Positions 31,213 through 41,732 of a DNA stretch of 64,000 nucleotides are shown here, in pieces. The stretch is taken from the NCBI GenBank assembly GCA_000004985.1, contig GG738899.1; one strand, written 5' to 3'. Source of the DNA: Naegleria gruberi. Lineage: Eukaryota. The position numbers were made by a program, and so were the translations under genes. The stretch's first letter is position 1. Each line of letters starts with the position of its first letter. The notes beneath the pieces are model-generated. The model saw nothing but the letters and a program-made list of their open reading frames with translations. It made no database searches and was not told the DNA's origin.

Positions 31213-34200
31213 ATGATGATTAGAACGATGACTCTAAATTTCCTTTGCATTGCTTTACCACTAGTTGCATTGCTTTTCATCAGCTCCCAGTGGATTGTCT
31301 TTTCGAAACCTGTCGAATATCAAATAGAAACACTATCAGCCACTTCCCAACCATTGTCTTTTTCCTTCACACTTGGTCGGCAATCTTCATCACAAAACGA
31401 ATTAATTTACTTTCTTTCTTTTTACCAATTATTCGAATTCAACCAAAATGGTGGAAAATTGTCACAATTAATTGGTTGTGATTCCTCTTCATCTGGCAGT
31501 AAATTGTCATGTGAAAGCTTTTCGCATTTCAAGAATGGTGCTAAATTCTCATCTGCCAATCGAACCAATATTTTGTTTTCCAGTTTTCATGTGGACGAAA
31601 GTGATGAAAATCAAATTTATCTTTCCAGTTTTTATCAAATTTATTTATTTAATAAGAGGGAAGGTATTATTACACTACTTTCCGATAAGGATTTTGATAA
31701 AAAAACGAATGCACGAGATGGAATGTTTCTAAACGAAACTGTATTTACTGAAATACGGTCAATTACGAAAGATTTTATTGGAAATATGTTTATTTGTGAT
31801 GATGAAGTAATTTACAAAGTTGGTTTAGATGGAATTTTACGAGAATTGACCTCTCGTGAGGGAACTTCACTTAAAAAACAAAACGGCTATTCGAATCAGA
31901 CTATTCTCCTGAACCCAACTTTTATTTCACATCATAAGGGTTATATATATGGATATGACATATTTTCCATCTTTAAAATCAATATAGAAACAGGTTGGTT
32001 GACTGTTATTTCAGGAAAAGTATTTGGTTCATCATCTGGCACTGATGGACCTGCGTTGGATACCGTAATTTCGCCGAAAGGTCTTTCGTTTCTTCCAGAC
32101 GATTCGATTCTGACATTGGATCATGAATATTTCAAGATTATTAATCAGACAGATGGAATGTTGAGAACACTATTTAAATTAGAAAGTTTCAAGCCAAGTA
32201 CAAGTTCTTTCGTTTTTGGGAATTATTTGATTGGAAATGAAAACAAAATTCTAAAGATTGATTGGTTGGCTGGAAGAGTTTCATTAATTTTGAAAGGAGG
32301 AATAGGTGCTTTTGGAGATGGAGTTAATTTAAAGAATAGATATTTCAAATCAATTTCTGCAATTGCATTTAATGAGTCGAGTGGTGAATTATTTGTTGCC
32401 GATTCATCATCTGAAAATACTTTGGAAAAAATTAACATTTCAAATGGAACGTTGCAAAGCATTTCTCTAACATTTTCGAATGTTTCATGTTGGAATTCAT
32501 CAATAGAGACGAGGAGTGTTATTTCATATAATCCAGTTTCATTGCAAATCAAGGATTCGAATTTGTTTTTGGCAAATACTGGAAGCCAAAGTTCAATTCA
32601 AAAATTTGATCTAGCTCAGAAAGGTGGATCGAGTTGTTTTTATGCAGGTTCAATCAGTAGTGATAGATTATTATCTAGATCTGGACCTCTTTCAGTGATA
32701 ATGAATAATCCAAATGGAATTCATTGTTCACAAGTTTATGATGAAATTTATATTGCAGGTTTGTTTCGCATATTTTGGAAAATCAAATAACTTTCAATAA
32801 TAGATACTGATAATCATCGAATTTTGAAAAGTAGAAGAGGAACAGTGGAAGTTATTGCTGGAAATGGTATTCAAGGTTATTCAGGTAAGTTGCCATTTCT
32901 AATAATTTTATAAATTATAATAAATTTTAAGGTGATGGAGGTTTGGCTATTAATGCTCAGTTAGATAGACCTCATTCAGTTTATTATGAAGGTAGCACAA
33001 GAACTCTGTACATAGCAGACTCTGGTAATCATCGAGTGAGATCTGTACAAATGGATACTGGAATAATTTCAACAATTCTTGGAACTGGAAATTCTGGTTT
33101 CAATGGAGATGATATGAATCCGTTAGAAATTCAACTAAATTTCCCAAAATACGTTGTCCACTCACCAGGATGGGGTCTATTCATTTCAGATAGCAATAAC
33201 CACAGAGTGAGATGGTTAAACAATTCGGTTGTGACTACCATTTTAGGAAGTGGAAATTCTGGTTCAAAAATTGTGACTAACAATCCGACTCTGACTGAGC
33301 TTACTTCACCATTTGGATTATTTTTTGAAGCCTTGGCAAGTACTCTCTACGTTGCAGGTATGTTTCATATGAATTAATTTCAGTGTTTGACAAATTCGTC
33401 TAGATTCGTTCAATCACAGAATTTTATCTGTCTCCCTATTCGATGCAAGATCTGTTTCCATAATAGCAGGAACTAATTCACCTGGTTACAATGGAGATGG
33501 TATGAATCCAACACAAGCCAAGTTATTTCTTCCTAGTTCTGTTTTCATGTTATCTAAATATGAAATTTACATTGCTGATTCGTATAATAATAGAATTAGA
33601 AAGATTAGTAATGGAATTATTTCAACATATGCAATGGCTTCTCAAAAGACAGATCTCAATATACCAATTGGAATGTGTGGATATGGAAATGACCTCTTTA
33701 TTTCAACCGAGAATGAAATAATAGAATTAGTTGGAAGTTATATTTATAAGAAAGTGGGAGGATTAGGAGATGGATTGAACGTCTTCTATGCTCACGTCAA
33801 TCCAACAAAGATTCTCTTCTATCCAGACAATAGAATGTTAATTTCAGAATCAAGTACGAATAGAATTCGATTGGTGAATGAAAATGGAACGATTTCAACA
33901 ATTGCTGGAACTGGTAAATTTGGATATGGAGGAGATACAAGTGAGGCCAATGTTGCCATACTTGCTTCACCGACTGGTCTGTCATTTAGCCCTAATCATT
34001 CCACAGTTTACTTTGCCGATTCCTCCAATAATCGTATCAGAAAATTGGTTTCGGATTTGGTTTTCCTTGTTGCTGGCACAGGGGATGCTGGAAAATCCTC
34101 ATCAACCGATCCTTTTCAATCCAAATTCAATAATCCTAGACTAATTGCCACTCTCACCAATGGAGACGTTGTAATTGGAGATACTCTGTCCAATGAAATT

Positions 34201-36099
34201 CGAATTATTTCCAATAAGGAAGGAACAATTCGAACAATTGCTGATATCACAGCAGCCACCGACATGATTTCCACACAAAACAATACTCTCTACATCTCCA
34301 CCAATGAACAGATCATCAAGGCAACTCCACGCTGTGAAACAGGATTCCAATTAGTGAAACAAAACACTGAATGTGTTCCAATTTGTTATGGAATGTTTGA
34401 GAGTGGAATGGTTTGTTCAAGTCGTGGTGAATGCACTTCTCCAGATAATTGCAAATGTTGGAATGGATTATACACGGGAAAGGAATGTGAAATTCCAATT
34501 TGTTTTGGGATCTCTGCAAATGATCCTAATGTATGCTCGTATGGAAATGGAACTTGCATGATCAATAACAAGTGTCAATGTTTGGATGGATTTTATGGAG
34601 AAACTTGTCAATTTCCAATTTGTTTTTCTAAAATAATTGGAGAATCATGTGGTGGACCAAGCAGAGGAGCTTGCACCAATAAGGATGTTTGTAAATGTGG
34701 TCAATTTTACACTGGCGAACAATGCCAATACCGAATGTGTCAAGGAAAGAGTGAAATAGACAAATCTGTATGTAGTGGACATGGAAAATGCCAAGCTAAT
34801 GGAAGATGTGAATGTGACACTCTTTATATTGGAGATGATTGTTCCAATATGTCACAAATTTATGGATTGAGCATTGCTTCTGCACTCATTATTGTTATCC
34901 TCACTACAATGTTGGTAGTTTCTCTCATTTTGGGAGTAATCGTCTATAGGAAGAATAGGCGAGAGAAGAAAATAATCGAAACTGAACTCTCACTTGATGA
35001 AAGATTATTATCCTCAACTGATATATATGAAATGTCTCTATCTCACGGTTCATTAGCATCGCATGCTACTGTATCAACTGAAGATGCTTCTTCCTTCGTG
35101 ATTCCACTTCACAAGATTGGAATGGATAAACCAATTAAGGTTAGTTTCAAATTAATTATTCTATTAACAATTGAATCTTGATAAATTAATTTAACACAGA
35201 GACTTGGAGAAGGTGGAATGGGAAGTGTTTTTATGACCAAATTTAATGGAATGACAGTTGCTGTCAAGGTCTTTGATTTGAATAACTTGAATATTTCAGA
35301 GGAGGATTTCAAGAATGAAGCAATAGTATTAAGCAAACTTCGTCATCCAAATATTATTAACTTTTATGGAATTTCTACATCACCAACTAAACGATACATT
35401 ATCATGGAATGTTTGGATCAGAGCTTGGAGAAGGTAATTGCCAAATTGGAAATGAAACAATTATCTTTCACACTCGAACAAAAATTGAGAATGTTGCTGA
35501 ATATTGCTAATGGAATTGAATATTTGCATTTTTTGAAACCGAGGAGGATTATTCATCGCGATTTGAAAACAGCTAATATTCTACTAGACTCGAATGGAAA
35601 CTGCAAGGTTTGTGACTTTGGGTTGAGTAAATCCATTTCACAAGCAACTGTTTCCGCACTTACTAATCAATTGGGTACACATTTTTATATGGCTCCAGAA
35701 TTATTCGATATCAAACCGATTGATCCGACCTATGCCACATCAGTTGATATCTACAGTTTTTCTATTATCATGTGGCAATTACTATTCGAAATTAAGGATC
35801 CCTATCTCAGTAAATCTCCAGAAATATTGAGAAAGCTTGGAACTACCTCAATTCTTGAACAAGTAACTTCCTACCAATTGACCAAAATGATTTGTGAGAA
35901 CAACCACAGACCAAGCATTCCTTTCAATTCCATTGAATCATGCCATGAATGGTGTTTCGAATACATGCCTTCCTCCCAAGACGAATCTCCTCAAATCTTT
36001 GCACTTTCCCAATTAATCCAAGAATGTTGGCAAACTGATCCAAAACTCCGACCAAACATTGAACAAGTTATCCAACACCTTCAATCCCTACTCACCTAA
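31213..36099 (+). CDS. receptor-like protein kinase, paralog of 9142-14057: signal peptide, N-terminal domain, NHL repeats, EGF repeats, TM, TKL kinase (5 exons)
   Basis: Start at ATG 31213 (MMIRTMTLNFLCIALPLVALLFISS). Exons are 31213-32758, 32804-32884, 32932-33357, 33404-35139 and 35200-36099. Introns are 45-60 nt, GTTTGT/GTAAGT/GTATGT/GTTAGT to AG. Splicing restores NHL motifs (YIADTDNHRI, GYSGGDGGLA, YVADSFNHRI, IYIADSYNNRIR). There are 5-6 EGF repeats and the TM IASALIIVILTTMLVVSLILGVIVY. Kinase motifs are LGEGGMGSVF, AVK, HRDLKTANILLD, DFG and YMAPE. Joins track ORFs 31168, 32943, 33502 and 35218. Confidence 0.75.
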
Positions 36100-36387
36100 G
36101 GAGAAGGTAAAAACCCATATCACATCATCCTACTATCTTCTTTCTCTAATTTTTTGTAAACTCTCTTCCAATTCCTCAATAAATCCACACGAAAAAATTT
36201 GGCAATGAAAATTTTCAAGTCCATTTTTGAGCAGCTGATGATAAAAATTCTTTTTGAAAAAAATTCAAATATTCGTTTCGCTAGGAAGGTGCTGTTTAGA
36301 GTTTCATCATCCCGCGTTTTTTATTTACCGTTACGAACATTATAAAACCATCATACCAATATATATATAAATTTATTAAATACAAAG

Positions 36388-38146
36388 ATGATGATGATGA
36401 ATCAAAAGAGAATATCTGCCGTTAGATCATTGATGAAGAATGTTAATGGCAAGAATTCCATCATCATGATGAATAAGTGTTCCAATATGATGTTGATGAA
36501 GAATAATTATCACTCGAGTTTGTATCAATCGATGAAGGTTGTTCATCCGGTTGAGATTGCTGCTACACCAGAGAATAAGGATACTTCACTTCCAACTGCT
36601 GAGGAAATTCAATTTGTTGCTCCTATTGAAGATGGTGGTTTGTCGTCGACTGCTCATGTTTCCTTCTATGATATTGAAGAAGCCTTTGCAAGAATTAGTA
36701 AGTTTTGTATATATTGTTCATCAATTCTCATCATATCATGTAATTTATACATTGTTTATACTTCTTTCCATCATCATGTTGCTAATTTAAATCTTCTTCA
36801 TCATCTTTCATTTATAGAACCACTTTTACCTCCAACCCCACTGCAAGAATCAGCTGTTTTAACACAAGAAATATTCGGACAACAAAAGAACGTTTTGCAT
36901 CCTAGAAAGGTCTTTTTGAAATATGAAAATAAGCACATGACTGGAAGTTTTAAGGAAAGAGGAGCTATTAACAAGTTAGCTGCTTTGGATACAGAACAAA
37001 GAAAGAGAGGTGTTGTTGCCTCATCTGCTGGTAACCAGTAAGTATATTATCTAAATTCATTTTAGTTAAATTTCAATAGTGCTCAAGGTATGTTGAAAAT
37101 GCATTTTGTGGAGTTTTTAACTGTTTTTTAACTGTTTGATCAATATTTGGAATACAGCTGTTGCTTATCATGCTATGAGACTTGGAATTAAGGCTACTAT
37201 TTGTATGCCTGTGAATAGTCCACTTTCTAAAGTGGCCGGAACAAAGAGATATGGAGCTGAAGTAGTATTATTCGGAGAAAGTGTCGATGATGCCTATCAA
37301 GAAGCTTTGAGAATTAAGGAGGCAGAAAATAGAGTTCTCGTCCATCCATTCAACGATGACGCCATTATTGCTGGCCAAGGAACATTAGGTTTGGAACTTT
37401 TGGAACAATCACCATATATTGACACAATCGTGTGTCCAATTGGTGGAGGTGGTCTTATCAGTGGTGTTGCCATTGCTTGTAAGACTGTTAATCCAAAGAT
37501 TAAGGTTTATGGTGTTCAAACTGAAAATGTTCCTTCCATGGTTACTGCCAAAAAGAATAGAAAATCCACAACTGTTCCTTTCCATGCTACCATTGCTGAT
37601 GGTATTGCTGTTAGAAGAATTGGTGATTTGACATTCCCAATTATTGATCAATTTGTCGATGATATTGTTACTGTCACGGAAAGTGAAATTGCTCACGCTG
37701 TTCTCGTCCTTTTGGAAAGAGAAAAGACTCTCGTAGAAGGAGCTGGTGCTACTCCAGTTGCTGCCCTTTTGAGTGGAAAGTTAGAGGAAGTGACAAAGAC
37801 AAGCAGTGGTTCTCATCGTGTCTGTTGTATACTTTCTGGAGGTAATATGGATGTTGGTACTGTTAGAGATATTATCGATAGAGGTTTGGCACAAAGTGGT
37901 CGTTTAGTTCGTTTGAGAACTGTCGTTCCTGACGTTCCAGGTCAATTAGCTAAGGTTTTGACACTTTTGGGAGAACTTAAAGTCAACATTAGAGAAGTTG
38001 ACCACGAAAGAAATTACAATGTTCCTGTTGGTTATACTGGTACTGTTATTACATGCCAAACAAGAGGTTTTGAACACATTGAAAATGTCAAGAATAGTCT
38101 CATTCAACACGGTTTCAGTTTTGAAATGATTCAGTGTCATGATTAA
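36388..38146 (+). CDS. threonine dehydratase / serine-threonine ammonia-lyase (PLP fold type II) with C-terminal ACT-like regulatory domain, 4 exons including an 8-nt microexon
   Basis: Exons are 36388-36697, 36818-37037, 37080-37087 (tgctcaag) and 37158-38146. Introns are 120, 42 and 70 nt. The PLP-lysine motif is GSFKERGA. Only the microexon model restores the conserved SSAGNHAQAVAYHAMRLGIKATICMP (SAGNHAQGVA) block, and every single-intron model breaks the frame. GGGGLISG glycine-rich loop is present. The C-terminal segment of about 90 aa is ACT-like. N-terminal MMMMNQKRISAVRSLMK may be a targeting peptide. Confidence 0.7.
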
Positions 38147-38179
38147 ATTCTTTTCAACATTACTATCATTTAAAAGATA

Positions 38180-38258
38180 TTGGAAATATCGGACTTGAAC
38201 CGATGACCTACTATTGTAATTGCCAATAGCTTGCTCTCCCAAACTAAGCTAATTTCCA
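38180..38258 (-). tRNA. tRNA-like gene with perfect acceptor, D and T arms but an over-long anticodon arm (anticodon unresolved; possible very short intron or pseudogene)
   Basis: The minus strand reads TGGAAAT TA GCTT AGTTTGGGA GAGC A AGCTATTGGCAATTACAATAGT AGGTC ATCGG TTCAAGT CCGAT ATTTCCA A, then TATCTTTT (T-run terminator). The 7-bp acceptor and 5-bp T stem pair perfectly. The D-arm and variable loop are identical in pattern to tRNA-Phe-type genes. The region between position 26 and the variable loop is 22 nt instead of 17. It can form a 7-bp stem, GCTATTG/CAATAGT, with loop GCAATTA. Confidence 0.5.
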
Positions 38259-38358
38259 AATATCACTTCTTAATCCCTCAATGGTCTGGAGTAATTAATA
38301 TTTTAAAATAAGGTAATTTATGGTATGGAGCAATTCATATTTTCATTGGACATCAGTT

Positions 38359-41300
38359 TTATTTTTCTGTATTGTGATAAATACCATTCCAATCTCTTGG
38401 TGGATGAACAGCGTACTCTCTACATCTTTCTCTCAATGTTCTCGAAGGGCCATCTTCTGGTCGAATCTTTAGACATTCCTCAAAGAATAGTAAAGCTTGA
38501 GCAAAATCTCCAGATGCATACATTTCCAACGCTCTTTCGTATATTTGTCTGAGTCTCATTATTTCATCGTTTGGAGTTGGGAGAGGTCTACTACTCTTTG
38601 TATCTTTTGAGGGTTCTTTAATTGAATTGTTGGTTCTTCTTCCAAGCAACTCATATATAACACAACCAACACTCTTACCCTTCACACTGATTTGGTCAAT
38701 CTTTCTCACCTCCAATTGTTCGGCAACATAAGGTTGGAGGAATGTATCTTCAGACAACAGAATGCTGGTTCCATAAAACTTGTTTGTTCCTTCCAAACGA
38801 GAAGCCAAATTTACAGAATCACCAATAATGGTAAAGTTTAGTCTCCAAATACTTCCAATATTACCAACAACACAGGACCCACTATGTAACCCAATACGAC
38901 ACCTAAACAGTGGCTTTGCTTCCCTTTGCCATTTTCTTCTAAGGTCAGACATTCTTTGTTGACATCTCAAGGCAGCTCTACATCCTCTTAAACCAGAAAT
39001 TGCTGATGTGTCAGGAGCTCCCCAGAAGGCCATTACTATTTCAAAATTTTTGTTACATCCTGAAATCGTTAAACTTACCTGAATCACCAATATACTTATC
39101 CAAAGTTCCATTCTCGTAAATAATTTCTTCTGTCAACACATGAAAATATTCAGAAACATGTTGAATCAACATTTCAGGATCCAATTCTTCACTAATTGTT
39201 GTAAAATTTTCAATATCTGAGAAAAATATTGTCAAGTTACCAACAAGCCTACCACCCAAAGTAATTTCATTACCATTCTTCAACATGTCTCTCAGTAGTT
39301 CATTTGGAACAAACTTTTTAAATGATCGAACAGTTGTTTTCATCTTATCAAAGGCAATAGAAAGTTCATGAATTTCAGTTGTGGTGTTGTAAACTTTTGA
39401 AGTTTTTGGAGCTTCTAAATTTGAGAGAGCCTTACTTTCTCTTGAGAAGAATCTCAATGGTTTGGACACAGCTTGAGAGAATATGCAACTAAAAAGTACA
39501 CCAAAAGCAAGGCACACAAATGCGATACCAATTGTTAGTCCCAACATGAGCATAACATTACTGACAAAGTCACCATCTGGAGCAACTACGACAACAATCC
39601 AATGCATGTTCAAATCGACTGTTCTTTTTACTACTCCATGGGCAACAACATAGTCTTCACCACTAAAGGAAAAGGAATTCAAATGTGGATTATACTCAGC
39701 TGTGGACTTATTCTTATAGCCAGAGTAATCACTTGGTAAGATGTTGAGTAATACGTGTTTCAGTAAAGGATCTGAAACTTCGTGTGCTTCAGCAATTCTG
39801 ATATCGAAAGTGGAACTTTCATCAAAAACTGCTATTGCTGATGAATTCTTGAACCCAAGAACACGCTTATGGAGAACGGGTGCACCGCTATTGCTCTCTC
39901 TAGTGAAAAATTCAACAATAGCTACAAAAGAATTTGGAGAAACATAGAACGATCTAACAAAATCTGACAAGTATTTGATGTTAACATTGATACTGGTCAT
40001 TCCTAGAAAAGTTGAATCATATGGAGAATAAACGTTAGATTGGTAGCAGGTATAGATTCTTTCCTCAATTGACGATCCCTGCCATTGAACATCCATTGGA
40101 ACGAGGGCCTCTTTGTGTTTGAGAGCTAATTTGTAGAACTCTCCTTGAGTTGGGTCCCATTTATCCATTAATTCTGAATCAGTGACAGTTCTCAATTTTC
40201 CATATTTCGAAAAGTAGTAAAACGACTGAAATGTTTCATCATTTGCCTGCTTCATCAGAAAAACTCTTTGCATATTGTCGAATTGCCCCTCATCTTCGTT
40301 TGAAACTGGAAGTACTAGTTCATAACTTTCATCAACATACAAATAATCTGTATTTGGGCAAGTAAAATCCACCAAGAATATCTTTCCTATATATTGATGA
40401 TGGCTTACAGCTAGTAACCTTAAAATATTTACATAATTTTCATAAGAGTAAAAGTTACTAGTTGAAGAATTAGTATTAAGGCCACCCTCATTCATAAAAT
40501 AACTCCTATAGATGGCATGTCTCTGTTGTCTTGTTGCCTCCATACATATCCACAAAAAGTCGGAAACATAAGACTCTGCTCTGAAATATGACTGTGCCAT
40601 TACTTGATTTTTAACATCATTGGAAGCAAGAATTGAAAATCCAATAGAAATTCCTATTAATGAAAGAACTGGTATCACTAACATTACTAGCATCATGGTG
40701 ATCAATAAACATCTGAATGAGCAAATATAAAAATGTGGCCTCAATTCAACAGAAGTTGGTCTCTTCTCCTCTCCGGTAATACTTTGTGGCGTAACTATAG
40801 AATCGTTATCAAAAAGCTTTTTTGTACTAGTTTTAAAGCTTGATGCCAACGACTCTTGCTCTGCCAAATTGTGGAAGGAAATTTCTCGAGAAGGAGCAAC
40901 ATAATAAAGTGAGTTGGAACGAGCAAGTTTTTCTTGAGGTTGAATTTGGAGCATACTATTTCTCCTAGAATTTGGATTGGATGATAACTTAGAATTTGGG
41001 GATTTGGTGGAGGACATTGTGTTTGTACTTTTAACATTTGGAATAAAAACACTGGAAGAAGGTGGAGCTTGTACTTGTTGAACTGGAGTTGAATTTGGTA
41101 TACTAGTGATGGACTCTAAACTTTGTTCATTGTTGGCCGTCTTGGTCATCACATAAGTATTTAAATTATGAACTGTGGTTGGGACAGACTCTTGGTCCGA
41201 CAAATCACGAAAGAAGAATTCCTTCACTGGTGGAGCATAATAGATGGGATTATTGGCGTAAACTGGTGTTCTATCAGGAAGAGAGGGTGGGATTTGCATA

Positions 41301-41422
41301 ATACTATTCCTTCTCGAACTTGGGTTCGATACAGGATATTTAGAAATAAGATTGGGTAGTGATTCATTACTACAAGATTCAATGAGTGGTGTTACTTTGT
41401 TGCTGTGCATTGGATTCGTCAT
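38359..41422 (-). CDS. sensor-type class III nucleotidyl (adenylyl/guanylyl) cyclase, ACG-like: cytosolic low-complexity N-term, TM, extracellular sensor domain, TM, cyclase domain, C-terminal TPR-like segment (2 exons)
   Basis: Exons on the minus strand are 41422-39079 and 39035-38359. The intron is 39036-39078 (43 nt, GTAAGT..ATAG). Splicing joins ...LDKYIGDS|VMAFWGAPD across the conserved class III metal-binding motif. Further motifs are RIGLHSGSCVVGNIGS and IGDSVNLASRLEGTNK. TMs are LITMMLVMLVIPVLSLIGISIGFSIL and MLMLGLTIGIAFVCLAFGVLFSCIF, flanking an extracellular region of about 330 aa. The C-terminal YERALEMYASGDFAQALLFFEECLKIRPEDGPSRTL resembles the tail of protist sensor cyclases. 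ATG at 41420-41422. Confidence 0.7.
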
Positions 41423-41732
41423 TTAAGGTTGCGCTTAATGTTGTTGAAGTATGTTGGTAGTAATTAATAGCCAATGATGAAGATGATGATGAACAGCGTT
41501 ATCAATAATTATTAAGGAAAAAAAATGAAGAGAATGGCCTTATCCAACTGCGCTTATTTTTTTTAAAGTACGTTAAATAACCAACAAACGCGTTAATGCA
41601 TCAGATATAGCTCGAGCCTTTTCAGGCGATTAAGTCCCGAAATTGAATCTATAAGTTGGCTTTAAAGTGAGTTTGTTTTTTAAACCTCAATACCTTAATA
41701 CAAACTCTAATTATGATTTTCATCAATATCAA

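Noticed and set aside
37038-37157. Single-intron model for the second intron of the threonine dehydratase gene
   Set aside because: Every canonical GT..AG pairing across 37030-37160 either hits a stop codon (TTTTAA at 37122) or shifts the frame out of the conserved VAYHAMRLGIKATICMP block. Only the two-intron model with an 8-nt microexon is frame-compatible, so that model was adopted with a caveat.
38180-38258. Assigning a specific isotype to the tRNA-like gene (Ala-GGC, Ile-AAU, Val-UAC)
   Set aside because: Each candidate fold requires either a 4-6-nt intron, a loop without U33, or a mismatched anticodon stem. None is canonical, so the isotype is left unresolved.
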